Positions 48,142 through 60,469 of a DNA stretch of 64,000 nt are shown in pieces. Below the pieces are notes generated by a model. That model saw only the letters and a list, made by a program, of their open reading frames with translations. It did not search any database and was not told the origin of the DNA. The stretch lies in assembly GCA_950097015.1 (NCBI GenBank), contig CATNEN010000001.1, forward strand, positions 26,598,001-26,662,000. Reading direction: 5' to 3'. The number at the start of each line of letters is the position of its first letter. The stretch's first letter is position 1. Source of the stretch: Macrostomum hystrix (Eukaryota; Animalia; Platyhelminthes). Position numbers and translations under genes: made by a program.

Positions 48142-49234
48142 ATGAAACTGGCGCTATTCATTATCTGTGCCTTCTTGCTGGGCTGCGACAATGTCCTCGG
48201 ATTCCTCTACGTTGGCTGCTTTGTTGATGAAGGAGCAAGGGATCTGAGCGGGCCGGCAACATCCAGCAGCGGCATGACCCCTGAGCAGTGCAGCCGCATC
48301 TGCTCGCCCGGTCGGTTCCCGTACTTCGGCCTGCAGGCAGGTTCTTATTGCTTCTGTGGAAGCTCCTACGGATCGTACGGAGCAGCCAGCGAGCACGAAT
48401 GCGGCAACCCGTGCTCGGGAAATTCAGTCCACCGCTGCGGCGGAGGCTGGCGAAACTCTGTGTTTGCTCAGGCCTTCGACAGTGAGTTAGCTGACATTTA
48501 CTGACACCCACGTAATGCGAAAGCTTTAAAGCATTAGTTTCGGATACGAAATCTAAATCCGTTGAGTCAGATTAGAGTAGGAGGTGAGTCGCGGAGCGGT
48601 CTACGCACTTGCCTGGCGAACCAAGGTTTCTGAGCTACTTTTTCCTTTCCGATCGGGCCATTGCACCGCTCTTCAGGTAAGACCCGACCGCGGTGGTCTC
48701 CGAGGTTCTTGAGCTCGATTCCACGGAGAGGCTGCATTAATTTCGTACGCAGCTGCAGAGAGAATGCTTGGAAGCTTGTCGTGCAATTTACACCTGAGGA
48801 TCTACCTCCAAGGCGCACATGCCTGACAATGAAAACTTCAGGGCATATGTACACTCCCTTTGTGTGTGCTTGAGTGCGATGTGTTCAGGAGTCTACGGAA
48901 TGGGCATTCGGAACGTACCTCATTGTGTCCATGTACTTTAGTATTCCTTGAGAGACGAGAGACCGTGGCTGACACCTGTAATTTTATTACGGCATTTATT
49001 ACAGGCGCCGAGTTCGCTTTGAAAGACAGACTCAGTGTGGAGAGGACACCAGCTCGGCAGTCAGGCATTCGAACAGTGGCTACCAGATCCGATATAGAGT
49101 GCCTGGTCCAGTGCAACTCTGTGCCCGGCTGCAAGGCGGCGGTGTACTCTGAGCCGCACCTGCTGTGCCACCTGCTGAAGGCTGCCAACCCGCCAGCCAG
49201 CTTAGCTGGACAGCTCTTCATTATGAGTGCCTAA
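48142..49234 (+). CDS. Secreted WSC-domain + PAN/apple-domain protein; exons 48142-48481 and 49005-49234 (189 aa)
   Basis: Signal peptide; WSC motif YVGCFVD...MTPEQC...YFGLQAGSYCFCG...CGNPCSGN...CGG; A|GTGAGT donor and TTACAG acceptor in phase 1; exon 2 RSDIECLVQCNSVPGCKAAVY...CHL is PAN-like. Confidence 0.85.
48645..48880 (+). mobile_element. SINE family A, decayed copy in the intron
   Basis: GAGCTCGATTCC B-box-like motif; GCTTGTCGTGCAATTTAC and CCTCCAAGGC core. Confidence 0.7.
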
Positions 49235-50099
49235 TAGCTGGAAACTGAAATCCTGTGATTGCTGATAAAAACTCCGCAACTCTGTTTGAAGGCCTGTCGT
49301 GATCAATCAGGCAACCGTTTTACCACACTGAAAATCTGATATCATTCTCAGCATCCCAGATGTAAAAAATACAATGATTAATATTTGCATCGTAAGCGAA
49401 ATTCGCAAAAGAGCATGTTGTCAGGCAAGAATAGTTTTTTTCTGTGAATTACCTTTGTTTTAATTTACCCCGGTAGCAACAGAACTTGAAACGCATTAAA
49501 AGCATTTCGATGCACAAGCATGTGCATTTCTGGCAGATCTGTATTTACGAGTATCTGCCAGAAAGTAGAAAGCGTTTTCATAGAGCTCATTGTTTTCTCC
49601 GTAATGGATCAGCTATTACTATTTATCATTTAACTGCACACTGAGTGAACTGGCCGGATATTAAAACGGACATAGCTCGTATTCTCCTTCTGCAATTTTA
49701 AATGTCACTAATCCAAGGACAATTTTCTGAGCAATAAATGAATGTACGATAAAAAACTTGTGAATTGATAGCAGTTTGAACGAGTGTAGAAATCCAGTGC
49801 GATAAGCTGCTTGTCTACTGTGAATTTTAAAAATAAATTGAAACACTTTTTAAGCTGTTCCGGCCCTTCGAAGCAGGAAATCAGTACGACGAACTCACAT
49901 GAGTTTTTTGTCATTGTCATGTTAATGGGCCAAGCAAAACTTTCTAAAGCATTGAATAAATGAAAAGGCAGCGATGTAACTAATGCAGTATGAAGTTGGA
50001 CTTTTCCGTTATAAATTGAAGACAGTTGTTAAAAGGTTTGAAATAAATATGCCACGCCAAGCGAGTACAGGAAAGATCGGAATCTCGGTGGAACGCAGC

Positions 50100-51137
50100 T
50101 CACTGGGTGTGCCGGATCCACTGCAGGAACTCGTTGTAGTCCAGCTCGCAGTCTCCGTCTTTGTCATTCTGCTGCAGGAAGCTCTGAAGTGCCTCAGCGT
50201 TGTAGCCATGCTCTCCTCCGTGCATCTCGCGCAGCACAGCGTCAAGCTCGTCCCGGCTGATCTTGCCGGAGCCGTTGGTGTCGAAAGACTCGAAGACGCC
50301 ACGCCAGACCATCACTCTGAGGGCAGTCAGGGTTGGCTTCTAGCCACCGTCAGGCAACAGAGAGTCAAAAATGCAAGATATTTTCCCATCGGCTCATAAA
50401 TACACTTACTGCCTCTCCTCCTTAGGAAACAGGCCCAGTGAGCTCTGGTACTCAGCCCGGCTGATTTTACCATCGCGATTGCGATCAAACGATTCGATGT
50501 AGCTCTGAAATTCAATGCGGAGGTTCGCCACTCATTGCAACGAGTATGATAATAATATTATGTGCCTTATGTGATGCTTTAACTGGAATATATATAAGAT
50601 GCCGTTATGCAGGGGTCGGCAAACTCCGGCTCGCGGGCCAGATGCGGCCCTCAAAGCTCCCAAATCCGACCCGTTGCCCCTTCCGACACCTACAGTATCC
50701 AGTCTCATCTCTCCTGTCGCTCATCTCTCCCGTATCTTATTTCTCCCGTGTCTCATCTCTCCCGTGTCTCATCTCTCCCTGTCTCGTCTCTCCCGGTTCT
50801 CTGTCTTAAATCTCCCGTGTCTCATCTATCCCCTATCCCACATTTCTATAGTCAATGCGGCCCGCTGTCGTCTTTTAGGTTCTCTCTTTGGCCCGCTAGC
50901 TAACAAGTTTTGCCGACCCCTGCTTTAATGTCTAAACCAATCGCAATTTACCCCCGCACCATCTTCAAAGCGGTTTACATACATCATATGGGCAAATGAT
51001 GCTGTTCTCACCGCTAGAGCGCTCTCATCCACCTTCTTGTCGAGGAAGACTCGCTTCAACTCGCTCAGGGTGATCTCTCCAGATCCGTCCAGGTCGCAGT
51101 CGTCGAAAAACTTCAACAACTCTTCATCGGAGGCCAT
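50100..51137 (-). CDS. 4-EF-hand calcium-binding protein (SmE16/calmodulin-like) paralog 1; exons 51137-51012, 50504-50410, 50316-50100 (145 aa)
   Basis: EF loops DLDGSGEITLSE, DRNRDGKISRAE, DTNGSGKISRDE and DKDGDCELDYNE; in-phase GT-AG junctions. Confidence 0.9.
50610..50922. mobile_element. hAT/Charlie-type MITE in an EF-hand gene intron
   Basis: TIRs CAGGGGTCGGCAAA...TTTGCCGACCCCTG; internal TCTCATCTCTCCCG repeats; the 8-bp flanks match only partly. Confidence 0.85.
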
Positions 51138-52133
51138 GCTGGGTGTGTGGCTGCTCTGGTGCTGCTCCTGGTTAACTGGTCGAATAGTTCTTGGCTGAAT
51201 TGCCTCGCTGCTGGTACCAGAGCTGTCTGGACTTGGCAGTCGGTAGCTGTGCTGTTTGTTTCCCACCTTGACTGCCGGCACACTCACCTAGGGTTTATAT
51301 AGACCACTCGGGAGCTGTGAAGCTATGCGTCACCAGGCCTAGCAGCTGGGAGCACGCCGTGCTTATATTGAAGGCATCGGGGCGTCACCGGTCTCGTGGG
51401 AACATTCGCACGACGGTGAATCTTTCTGTAGCTCAAGAGAAGCACGATGAGAAAATCCAGCCTAAATCGAGTCGCTTTTCAGATTTTCGGTCACCAAACT
51501 GCGCATGTAGCACTCGGCTGCAGATTCGACAGAATCTTTTGTTTGTTCGAGCGAATGAATTTGCATTCCAAATGGAACTTTCAAGTCAGACACTACGTTA
51601 TACACGGTCATCTATTTTTAATTAGCTTTAAAAGCAATATGATTACTTCGTCTTCCAAATTTGAAGGCACAGCGGCGAAAAATGAACAGTGCAAATTTAA
51701 ATGCCAGGATTTTGAAGGATTTTACTCGCCAGAAAGGTACCTCGCGGAAATCACGGACACCAACAAGTTACGAAGACAGTTTCGACTTTCGACAGTTTCG
51801 ACGCAGTCGCTGTCAACGTTTCGACTTGGAAACCACAAGCTAGCTAATTGCAAAACCTAAAGTCTCATTTGATAAACTGAATCCAGATCCACCTTGCCTT
51901 TTTAAATGCAACTCGACATTGTAGTCGCCGTTAGCGATAAATTGTCTTCAAACATAGAAAATGCTACACCCGACGACAAAGAAATCTACTTAATGTTGCA
52001 AGACAATGGTAACTTTTCATTTACTTTCTTTACGTTTGTTCTGTTCCATAGTATTTTCGACTAAATGTAAACTTAATCAACGAAAAGCCATTTTATTAAA
52101 AATGTGATTCAGATTAGCACACTATTCGCCTGT

Positions 52134-52767
52134 TATTATTTATTATTATTAAGACGCTGAAGAGTCAGAGACCCTTAGCGCTCACACGCTCGCGAAAAAG
52201 CTCAGAGGGGCAGGAAGTAGCCTCAAGCGGAGTGAGGTTGATGGCCTGTAGGTCATTAGTGAAGGTCTTTAAGAGAGTTTCAGTGCGCGCATGTCCGCGT
52301 CGAAAAGGATCGCTTGGCGGATTTAGCACAACGATCGCAAGGGGGTTGGTTTCTCCGCGTCCGTAGCTGCGTAGCACGTGGCCGAGAAGCCGCTGTCTCC
52401 GCGCCCTGAGAATGGAGCTCACCGGCGGGACGCAGGAGCGAGCAGCGAGCGCACGGTTTGACAGCCTTTCGGGGTAGCGTACGTCCAGAGCGAAACGCAG
52501 GAAGGCTCTGAAAGTGGCGTCGAGAGCCCGCTTGCGAGATTCCGTGATTGGCAGAGCCTCCAAGCCATAAAGGAATATCGGCTCTACGGCAGCACGAAAA
52601 ATCCGGATTTTGAGTTGGTAAGGCACGGGCGAGCAGAAGATGGGGCTCAGCTGTCGAGCAGCTGTCCAGGCTTGCGCACGACGATCGGCGACGATGTCCT
52701 CCGGAGAGACCACCAGCGAGCCGAGGTACCGAAAATCCGAGCAGACAGAGATTTCGTCACCGTATTT
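52134..52767 (-). mobile_element. 5'-truncated RTE-like LINE (RT C-terminus) with (AAT)n tail
   Basis: FRYLGS...KIRIFRAAVEPIFLYG...GHVLR; TSD TATTCGCCTGT at 52123-52133 and 52768-52778. Confidence 0.88.
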
Positions 52768-53367
52768 TATTCGCCTGTCCAATTAACAGTAATAATAAAA
52801 CATACACTGTACCACGCTCGTTCAGATGAGTCACCCAAGAGGGCCTCATAAAATACGCGTAAAACGCGTAAAATAAACATTATGCTTTTTGTTCTACCGA
52901 AACTGGCTTGAACAGGGCCCTAAACAGCTCAGCCAGCACTCGCATGCGTACAGTTCCTGTCTGTGCTAGCGTGAGAGTGACCGAGAGACCCTTGCAGAGA
53001 GAAGAGAGAGAGTGAGAGAGAGAGCTAGAGAATAGAGCCAGGGTGAGATCAGCCATTTCTCGCTTGTCTAAACTCGCAGTATTTGTAATTTAGAAAGTCC
53101 AGCTAATTGCACCCACCCTACACGCAAGATTGGTCTGTGCTTGCAGCCAGACAGTGAGGGTTGAATATACTGGAGCAATTCAGAGTGGAGTCCAGCTGGG
53201 TTTCCGGTCTGGGCACGATTGTCAAGAGCGAATTGCCCCTCCCCACCTCAATGCATCGCTTCTGCATTTCGGTGTCTCTAAATGGTAGCTCTCTTGCCAT
53301 CTGTCCCTGTGTATCCTCAGTAATTTTGGTGAATCGAAGCAAATACCAGAGCTATTAGTGCCCTACA

Positions 53368-54616
53368 ATGTCTACGAAAGAAGAAATGGAAGCGATCTTC
53401 CGTGCCATGGACACCAATGGCGACGGTGTGCTGTCTGAGCAGGAACTCACAGAGCACCTGGTGCTGAAGATGGGCTTCAACCAGGACTTTGTCAAGGTAT
53501 TTTATGGTGAATTTTTTGGGAAATTAAACATGAGAAAGCTGTTTTGAGAAGCATCGCTTATGGTATATAATTTAACATTCACCATATAATGTAAAGGCTA
53601 ACCGTCAGGGGCACAGTGAGAGTGTACACTACTTGCAAGTCAGGGTGACCACCTGTGTGAGTGTGCCTGTATACAGTATCTGAGTGCCCAGGAGTCAGTG
53701 GAATGGACATAATTGCCTCCTCGCTGGCTGTGGATCTACTGTCACCAAATAATGTACTAGTGCTCACAACCTGCTTCAAATATTATTATTAAGAAAATAC
53801 TAGGCCTACAAGCGATCAGTGTGGGTTGTAGCCTAGTGGTTAGAGCGTCAGACTCACGACTTAAAGGTCGGAAGTTCGATTTCTGACTCCATTGGAACAG
53901 TTTGTGTCCTACTGAATCGCTTCAGTTCACCCAGCTGTTAAATGTATGCCAGCATTAGCTGGTGTAATTAAGCGTAAGTGTTGCGTCCCCCAGTCCATGG
54001 ACTGAACAGCTGTACGCAGACTTCAATTCAGATGCGCCACGCGGCAGCCTACGGCTATGCTATTGACTGAACGTCTAATTGGTATAATTAAGTTTACTTT
54101 AAACTTTCAGAACTTCCTGGCGAATTTCGACTCGAACTCGGATGGCAAGGTGACACTTGACGAGTGCCTGCAGAAACTGGGGCTGATCCCAGACCCGGAG
54201 ATTGAGTAAGCACTACATGGCACGTATTGAATGTACTCAATTAAATGCAATGTTGACCACAATATCGAAAATAATAATTACAATGAATGTGGCCTCGCCG
54301 TAGAATCAAGCTTAGGGACATTGGTGCGAGAGGCAAACGCGTTAGACCGCTCTGCCACTGACCCTCCAATGTTGATCATACACACAATGTCTACCCCAGG
54401 TATTCCGCTTGGAAGTCGGTGTTCAACTCGTTCGACAAGGACGGATCCGGCTTCATCGAGGCGGATGAGCTACCGAAAGTTCTGGCGGAGATTGGTAGCA
54501 CAACTAAGTACGACCAGTCACACTTCCAGAACTGGATTAGCCAGCACGACTCCAACGCTGATGGTCGCGTGAGCTACGCCGAGTTTCTTGACTGGATCCG
54601 CGGGCCGAAGAATTGA
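53368..54616 (+). CDS. 4-EF-hand calcium-binding protein paralog 2; exons 53368-53496, 54111-54205, 54400-54616 (146 aa)
   Basis: DTNGDGVLSEQE, DSNSDGKVTLDE, DKDGSGFIEADE and DSNADGRVSYAE; same intron phases as paralog 1. Confidence 0.92.
53605..53790 (+). mobile_element. SINE family A, 3' half with (ATT)n tail
   Basis: GGCACAGTGAGAGTGTACACT...TTGCCTCCTCGCTGGCTG...ATATTATTATT. Confidence 0.75.
53821..54080 (+). mobile_element. tRNA-derived SINE family B with a Nin/Deu-like core
   Basis: A box TAGCCTAGTGG, B box GTTCGATTTC, then TCAGTTCACCCAGCTGTTAAATG, which resembles the Deu/Nin SINE core as recalled. Confidence 0.65.
54283..54366 (-). mobile_element. SINE family A head fragment in an intron
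   Basis: Matches the tRNA-like head of 15333-15692. Confidence 0.75.
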
Positions 54617-56502
54617 AGAATTTCGTCCTGATGCAATGAAACTGAACTTTTATTGATATTGCAATCGCTTCCAATTTTAACTAGTTTTTCCCTTGTACGA
54701 AATTCTGCTAATCTTTCCATTTTTAACTGAAATCTGCAGCCTCTGTGGAATGCGTTCGAGTTCTATACTGAACTTCTTGTCGGAGTATAGAAGACGGTAA
54801 GAATGCCTAATGTGATTATAGGTATGCCATTATAGTTTTTCTATCACTGGTGAGAACTACAATGTAACAATATTACAAACTTACAATGCCCAAAAATGGC
54901 ATGCTTGGTCTCCTATAGACTCTGATGTATCTCGATCATCTCGATGGGGACTAGCTATAGATGTAACAAAGGATTTATTTTCTAGTGAAGACTGGTCATA
55001 GATATGATAAGCTAGACTGAAATTTGAGACATTGCAGAAGAAAATTTAAGAAAAATATCAAGTCAGTCTTAAATTTAAACTTCTGATAGGGTCTTAGTAC
55101 CTATGGATTTATACATTTGAAACCCTCCAGTGGATTATTCAATTGACTTTGTCGGAGATTTCGATCCTAATCGCTTAAGCCAATCGAATATCGACGCCGT
55201 ATTGTCTGCTGGTAGACGTAATCACCAAGACGTCTTGGTAGCGCCCGGCCTGATCGCATTCAGTTTGCCAACCAAGCATTCGAAAATGGCACTTTGCAAA
55301 CGAAACAAACAACCCCCCAGACAAACGACGACTTGCCTTCAACTCAAACATTTTGCACTAAATTCCAACAGTGGGCTAGATAGAGCGAGTACGAGTATCA
55401 GCTACTTTGTCTATTGCTCAAACTGCGGTAAAGTCCAATCAATTCAGACACTTTAATTCAATATAGCATTTCACGGTCAAATTTAATCCACTATTGCGAA
55501 ATTCAATTCGTTTCGCTGTCGCTTGAGATATTCTATGGCCAAATCTGCTGTTTGGTTTCACTCAATTTAATCCTGGGACACCTATTTCGTGTTTGTACGA
55601 AGTATGTCCTACTTGGGTGGTCTCGAATCCCCTTGCTCGTCTCTCTCTTCAGTGAATTGCATCTTATTGTAAAAAAAGCGTGCAGTAATATCGCGCGAGT
55701 TGTCTATGGCCATTTTTCCACGTATTATTGGCCGGAAAATAATTTGCATAATGGGCATTAATTCATTAATTACCATTAATTCATCTATGGCCATTAACGG
55801 GCAAGACTTTGCCCGCCGGGCAAAAAGGTCATGGTACAATCCGATTCGACAAACTTTGCATATTTAATCATAATCCAATCCAATTACAATTTAATTTAAA
55901 AAATATTCTGGTGCGCAGAGCGACATTCGCGTACATTTAGCTCATGGACGCTGACCCTCCGGTGGAATGAGCTGCGGGTTCTGTTAATGAGGCCGTAAGC
56001 TTGACGGACCAGACGGAAGCTGAATTGGCAGCGAAAAAACTCCATAGGCAAGTTTTCGGCGATCACTGAGGCCAATAGACGTTTGCAGTCGGCCTCCGAG
56101 TTGTCCAGCAAGGCCATGATGGATCTGTGCATGGTTGAGAGTTGAAAATCATCACTAAGGCCTTGAACAACCGCAGGATTTTATCCTCGCAGCACTAAAG
56201 CGGTCGGCGAGAGCCAAACCACGCAATAGAGAGCTAAGAGGCACGTGTTGTGTTGCACGTGTCACCCTTACTCCACTGCCTCTTTAATAAACTTTTTGGG
56301 GTGGGTGAATGAACAAAACTCTGCGCACACAGCGCGTAAAAGCCCGCACAACCATTGGATTGTGGAGCATGCAAGTTTTACCACTGCTGCCAATGTGACA
56401 GAAATGGGGAAATGGAAACTTTCAATGGCCTCACATTTGCCCAGATCAAAATAAAAGTTTCAGGGATTTTAAAAAGGATATCGATTCCTCACAATCCCAG
56501 GA

Positions 56503-56575
56503 GCCCCAGTGGCGCAATGGATAGCGCGTCGGACTTCTAATCCGGAGGTTGAGGGTTCGAGTCCCTCCTGGGGTG
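56503..56575 (+). tRNA. tRNA-Arg (anticodon TCT), intronless
   Basis: Acceptor GCCCCAG/CTGGGGT; anticodon loop CTTCTAA; T-arm GAGGG-TTCGAGT-CCCTC; T8 Pol III terminator just downstream. Confidence 0.93.
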
Positions 56576-56896
56576 TGCGTATTTTTTTTGTTTGGAAAGA
56601 AGCATGGAATATTATGAATCAAGTCCCGAGTCGCACAAAAGCTCCTTATTTTATTTTACTCGTTCAAAGTTCGTAATGTATTTGCTCATTATCAAAGATG
56701 CGGCGCTATCAATAACAATCATGCCATTTGAGTTATATCTATAATATGTGGGAATTCCTATTACAGCATCAAGCTGAATTATAAGACAGAAGCTTTGCGA
56801 ATAAAATATAAAAAATAAGACAGTAGAAATCCATGGGAGAGTTTGCACTTTTAGTCGGCGGGCGCTCCACATCCGCCTCGCCCTGTCTTCCACCCC

Positions 56897-57508
56897 TCAC
56901 TTGGAGCCCCGCACCCAGTTCAGGAACTCCGGGTAGCTGATCTTGCCGTCCTTGTTGGCATCGTGCTCGGCGATCCACCGGCGGAACTGGTCCGGGTTGT
57001 AAGCCGTCTTGCTGCCGATCTCGGCCAGCAGGTGCGGCAGCTCGTGCTCGTCGATGAAGCCGGAGCCGTCCTTGTCAAACTTTTGAAAGATCTGATACCA
57101 CTTTGAGTAGCTTCAATGGGAAACGATTGTCAAAATTGCCGTCAGCAACAGAAAATAAATATTTGAGCTGAAGCGGAAAGTGGCGCTCAAGCAAGGACTC
57201 ACTTCTTCTCTCCGCTAGGCATTAGGCCGAGCTTCTCGCGGTACTCGGCTTCGGTGACTCGACCGTCGCAGTCGCTGTCAAAGGTGGCCAGGAACTCCTG
57301 AGGGTTGCAGGCAAAGTTTTGGAACCTGGCGAGACTTCTGGCTGCAGAGGAAGATGTTAGCAAGTTAAACATTGAAACAAACCTCTACAAACTTCTTGTT
57401 GAAGTTGCGGCTGACCAGGAAACTGGAGATTTCGGCTTTGGTGAGGATCCGGTCGCCATCCCGATCCATCTGGTCGAAGATGTCCATGAGCTCCTGCTGG
57501 TCGGCCAT
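56897..57508 (-). CDS. 4-EF-hand calcium-binding protein paralog 3; exons 57508-57383, 57297-57203, 57110-56897 (144 aa)
   Basis: DRDGDRILTKAE, DSDCDGRVTEAE, DKDGSGFIDEHE and DANKDGKISYPE; 95-nt middle exon as in the paralogs; the last acceptor is AAG. Confidence 0.9.
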
Positions 57509-58528
57509 GTCACAATTGCCTGCTGTTCTAACAGATGAAAATAATTGTTAACCAGAATGCTTCTCTTCTGTTCCCATCTGAGAGCTGAGCTGGGACCAAC
57601 AATTTATAACGGAAATTTTTATCTCCCGTCAGCCAGGACTGACCAATCGGTCCACAGAGCTTCACATGGGCTCGATGAGTCGCCGACAAGAGCAGGCAGA
57701 CAGATGGGAGCGCAGCTGCCATGGCGGAGTCCGGCTCGGACGGTGGCGTCGGAAGTGGCCAGGCTGAAGGGATCAATTATTTGCAGGACAGGATCGCGTC
57801 GTCCTTGAAATCGGCCTTTCCGGAGGACGGAGGGTTGGCACGGGAAAATTGCAACAACTGCATCCTCAATTATTCCGGCCTTCGCGTAGCAAACGCTGTT
57901 GAAAAACATGATGCCGCTAGCATCGGCCCCCATTTGGTAATCAACTCAATCGACCCAGCAATTAGGCTCAGGAAGAGCTGGAGCAAGAGGAAGGCGTCGC
58001 GTGCCTGTTATCTATATTGCACTGGGTCCAATCGGTACTTAATGCCCCGTCCCTATCCATTGCATCTCCCTCGGGCCTCGATTTTGTAAAATTTCAGTAA
58101 AGAACTGAAAAACATAAGCTCAAAAAGAGAAATAGTCTCATCGGACAAAGACCGCAGAGCAAACAGCCTCTGACCCTCCTGCAATTACAGGCAATTGTGG
58201 CTAGCTAATCTAATTCTATCTGACCCATGATGGTTACTGCAGAATCGAGTAGGATTAAAGGGATTAACAGCATTCAAACAGAAAAAACTGAAATGCAGAT
58301 TTTATCTATTTATTGCTAGAAGTCTACCCTTTGTGAGTCCCATGTCGGTTGTTGGCATTTGAGAAATCGATCCGCTTCTCAGAGCAGAGCTGGCAGTCAG
58401 CGGTGGGTCATTCTCTGCTCAAAAACAGCTGCAGATCGAGTCGCAGAAACTGCTCAGCTTTTGAGTACGTCGTATGCCAAGGGGAAAAAATAGAACGACT
58501 TATCCCCTGAGACTTGGGTTCATTGTAA

Positions 58529-58601
58529 GCCCCAGTGGCGCAATGGATAGCGCGTCGGACTTCTAATCCGGAGGTTGAGGGTTCGAGTCCCTCCTGGGGT
58601 G
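58529..58601 (+). tRNA. tRNA-Arg (anticodon TCT), identical second copy
   Basis: Identical to 56503-56575; T6 tract about 35 nt downstream. Confidence 0.92.
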
Positions 58602-59073
58602 GACTTTCGAGATCAGTGAATTCGCGAGTCGCACATTTTTTGACGAAATAAAACTTTACTAATCTTTCATAGATTTGATTGTCCAATATTTTGTAATTCT
58701 GGATGTTGTTTAATTCTGTAGAGCGTAAAGTTTCAGCCCGTGTTGAAGATTTTGATGGCGATTGGTTGAATCTTTTGGAAGATGCAGAAAAAAGCAAAAT
58801 TTGGGCATTAGAAATACCCATATAGTCTTTCTACGCTCGAACTGTTAAATAATGTTTCTGCCAGATGTTAATGAGTATAGCACATAAAGTTATCAAATAT
58901 TCGTCACTGAATCACATCCTGGGTGGCCAATACCGAAATGACAGCGCGAAGTCTTAACTCTTGGCAATCATTCGCTAGATTATATACATGTACATGTACG
59001 TATAGATTCAATAGCATCTGAAGGCTGTTAGGTAGTCACTCTTGAGTAATACCGAAGCAAAGCAAAGCGGACG

Positions 59074-59284
59074 AAATAATAATAATAATTGACTTTCTCA
59101 TCGTCAGGCAGTGTACACTCTCACTGTGCCTTGGAGGTTGGCCCTCAAAGGCGTAAATTGCACGACAAGCCTCCAAGCCTTCTCTCCGGGGCTGCGCCCA
59201 AATGAATGTGGCCTCGCCGCGGAATCGAGCTCAGGGACCTTGGTGCGAGTGGAAACGCGTTAACCGCTCTGCCACCGACCCCCT
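59074..59284 (-). mobile_element. SINE family A short form (head + core + (ATT)n tail)
   Basis: Well-conserved head and core, with the tail joined directly after GAGAAAGTC. Confidence 0.85.
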
Positions 59285-59680
59285 TCATGCACCTGTTACT
59301 AGCCAGACATGAAATCTATGAAGCATACTCGTAGATACCGTTCTCTCATGGAGACAGATGTACGAGTTCAATAACTTTTTAATGTCTTTCTGACACGGTC
59401 ATTCTCAACGGGGCATCCTATTTTGCTTTCGCCATTCGAACATTATTTTCAAATTTTAGCGCATCCTTAAGGTAGTGCCGGGCTTTTATTGACAGGTAAA
59501 AAAATCCAGATGCATTTTGTAATGGGCGGGTGCCTGTCAGAACTTAGCTGACGCAGAGCTGACACCGGACAGAGGTAGTGTTTTATGATTGGAGCTTTTA
59601 GCTTTCATTATCTTTAGGCTTTCACCGGCCTCAATGACGGTAGGTGATTGACGTTGGCAAACTTCAGTTTCAGTCTTGGT

Positions 59681-60469
59681 TCAGCCGAATGGAGACAGGC
59701 ACTCACAATAGCCTCCCGCTGAGGCTTGGTAGTTCTGGGCTCGCAGGTCGATGAGTCGCAAATAGTCGGTTGCGGCTCGATCCTCAACTCCGCCGCCATT
59801 GTTGGGCTCTCCGCTGCCCCACAGTCCAGAGGAGATGCCCAGGCCGCAGCTGACCCACTGCCAGCCTCCCGATGGCTCCGGACTGCCCGGAAGCTGCCAG
59901 CCACCCAGATAGATGGCTGAGAAGCCTGAGCCAGCTGGAAAGCTTGACAGCTTACTGGCCACCATCAGCGTGACTTTGTTTCTTTCATTTAAGTCCGTCA
60001 CATCCGCCATGATGACGAGTCCAGGCTCCGCATCGCACATGGCCTTGCATCTTGTCCAGTTACCAACGCAGCTCATGAACTTGTACTTGACGCCGCAAGA
60101 GTCGCTCGCGTATCCGGCAGGACACAGAGCTCCGGGCGGCAGTCCTGACTGCTGCTTCACAAACAGCTGTCCTGTGCGGCTGCAGCCGCAGTCTCTCACG
60201 CTCTTGCTGCACCTGTCGAACACGAACAGCTGGCACGGACCGTCGGACATGGAGAAGGCCTGACATTGCTGTCTGCTGCTGCACAGACTCGAGCACTTCA
60301 TGCTGGACTTGGCATCGGCGTGGGTCTCGACGAACTGAGCGTTGATGCACAGCAGCCCGTTGATTCTGTAGTAGAAGCTGGCAGAGGTCGCCAGAGACAG
60401 CGCCAGCGACACCAACACCAAGAGAAGTCGCAGGCTCCTGACTGCTCTAGGACTGCTCAAGAGAAGCAT
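59681..60469 (-). CDS. Secreted PAN/apple + C-type lectin protein (single coding exon)
   Basis: Signal peptide LLLVLVSLALSLATSA; PAN motif SSMKCSSLCSSRQQCQAFS...CQLF; CTLD NWTRCKAMC...IYLGG...WQW...WGSGEPNN...YCEC. Start may be 60469 or 60520. Confidence 0.85.
   Translation of the reverse strand: MLLLSSPRAVRSLRLLLVLVSLALSLATSASFYYRINGLLCINAQFVETHADAKSSMKCSSLCSSRQQCQAFSMSDGPCQLFVFDRCSKSVRDCGCSRTGQLFVKQQSGLPPGALCPAGYASDSCGVKYKFMSCVGNWTRCKAMCDAEPGLVIMADVTDLNERNKVTLMVASKLSSFPAGSGFSAIYLGGWQLPGSPEPSGGWQWVSCGLGISSGLWGSGEPNNGGGVEDRAATDYLRLIDLRAQNYQASAGGYCECLSPFG

Noticed and set aside
53821-53895. Functional tRNA gene
   Set aside because: The acceptor and T stems do not pair properly, and the sequence continues into a SINE body.
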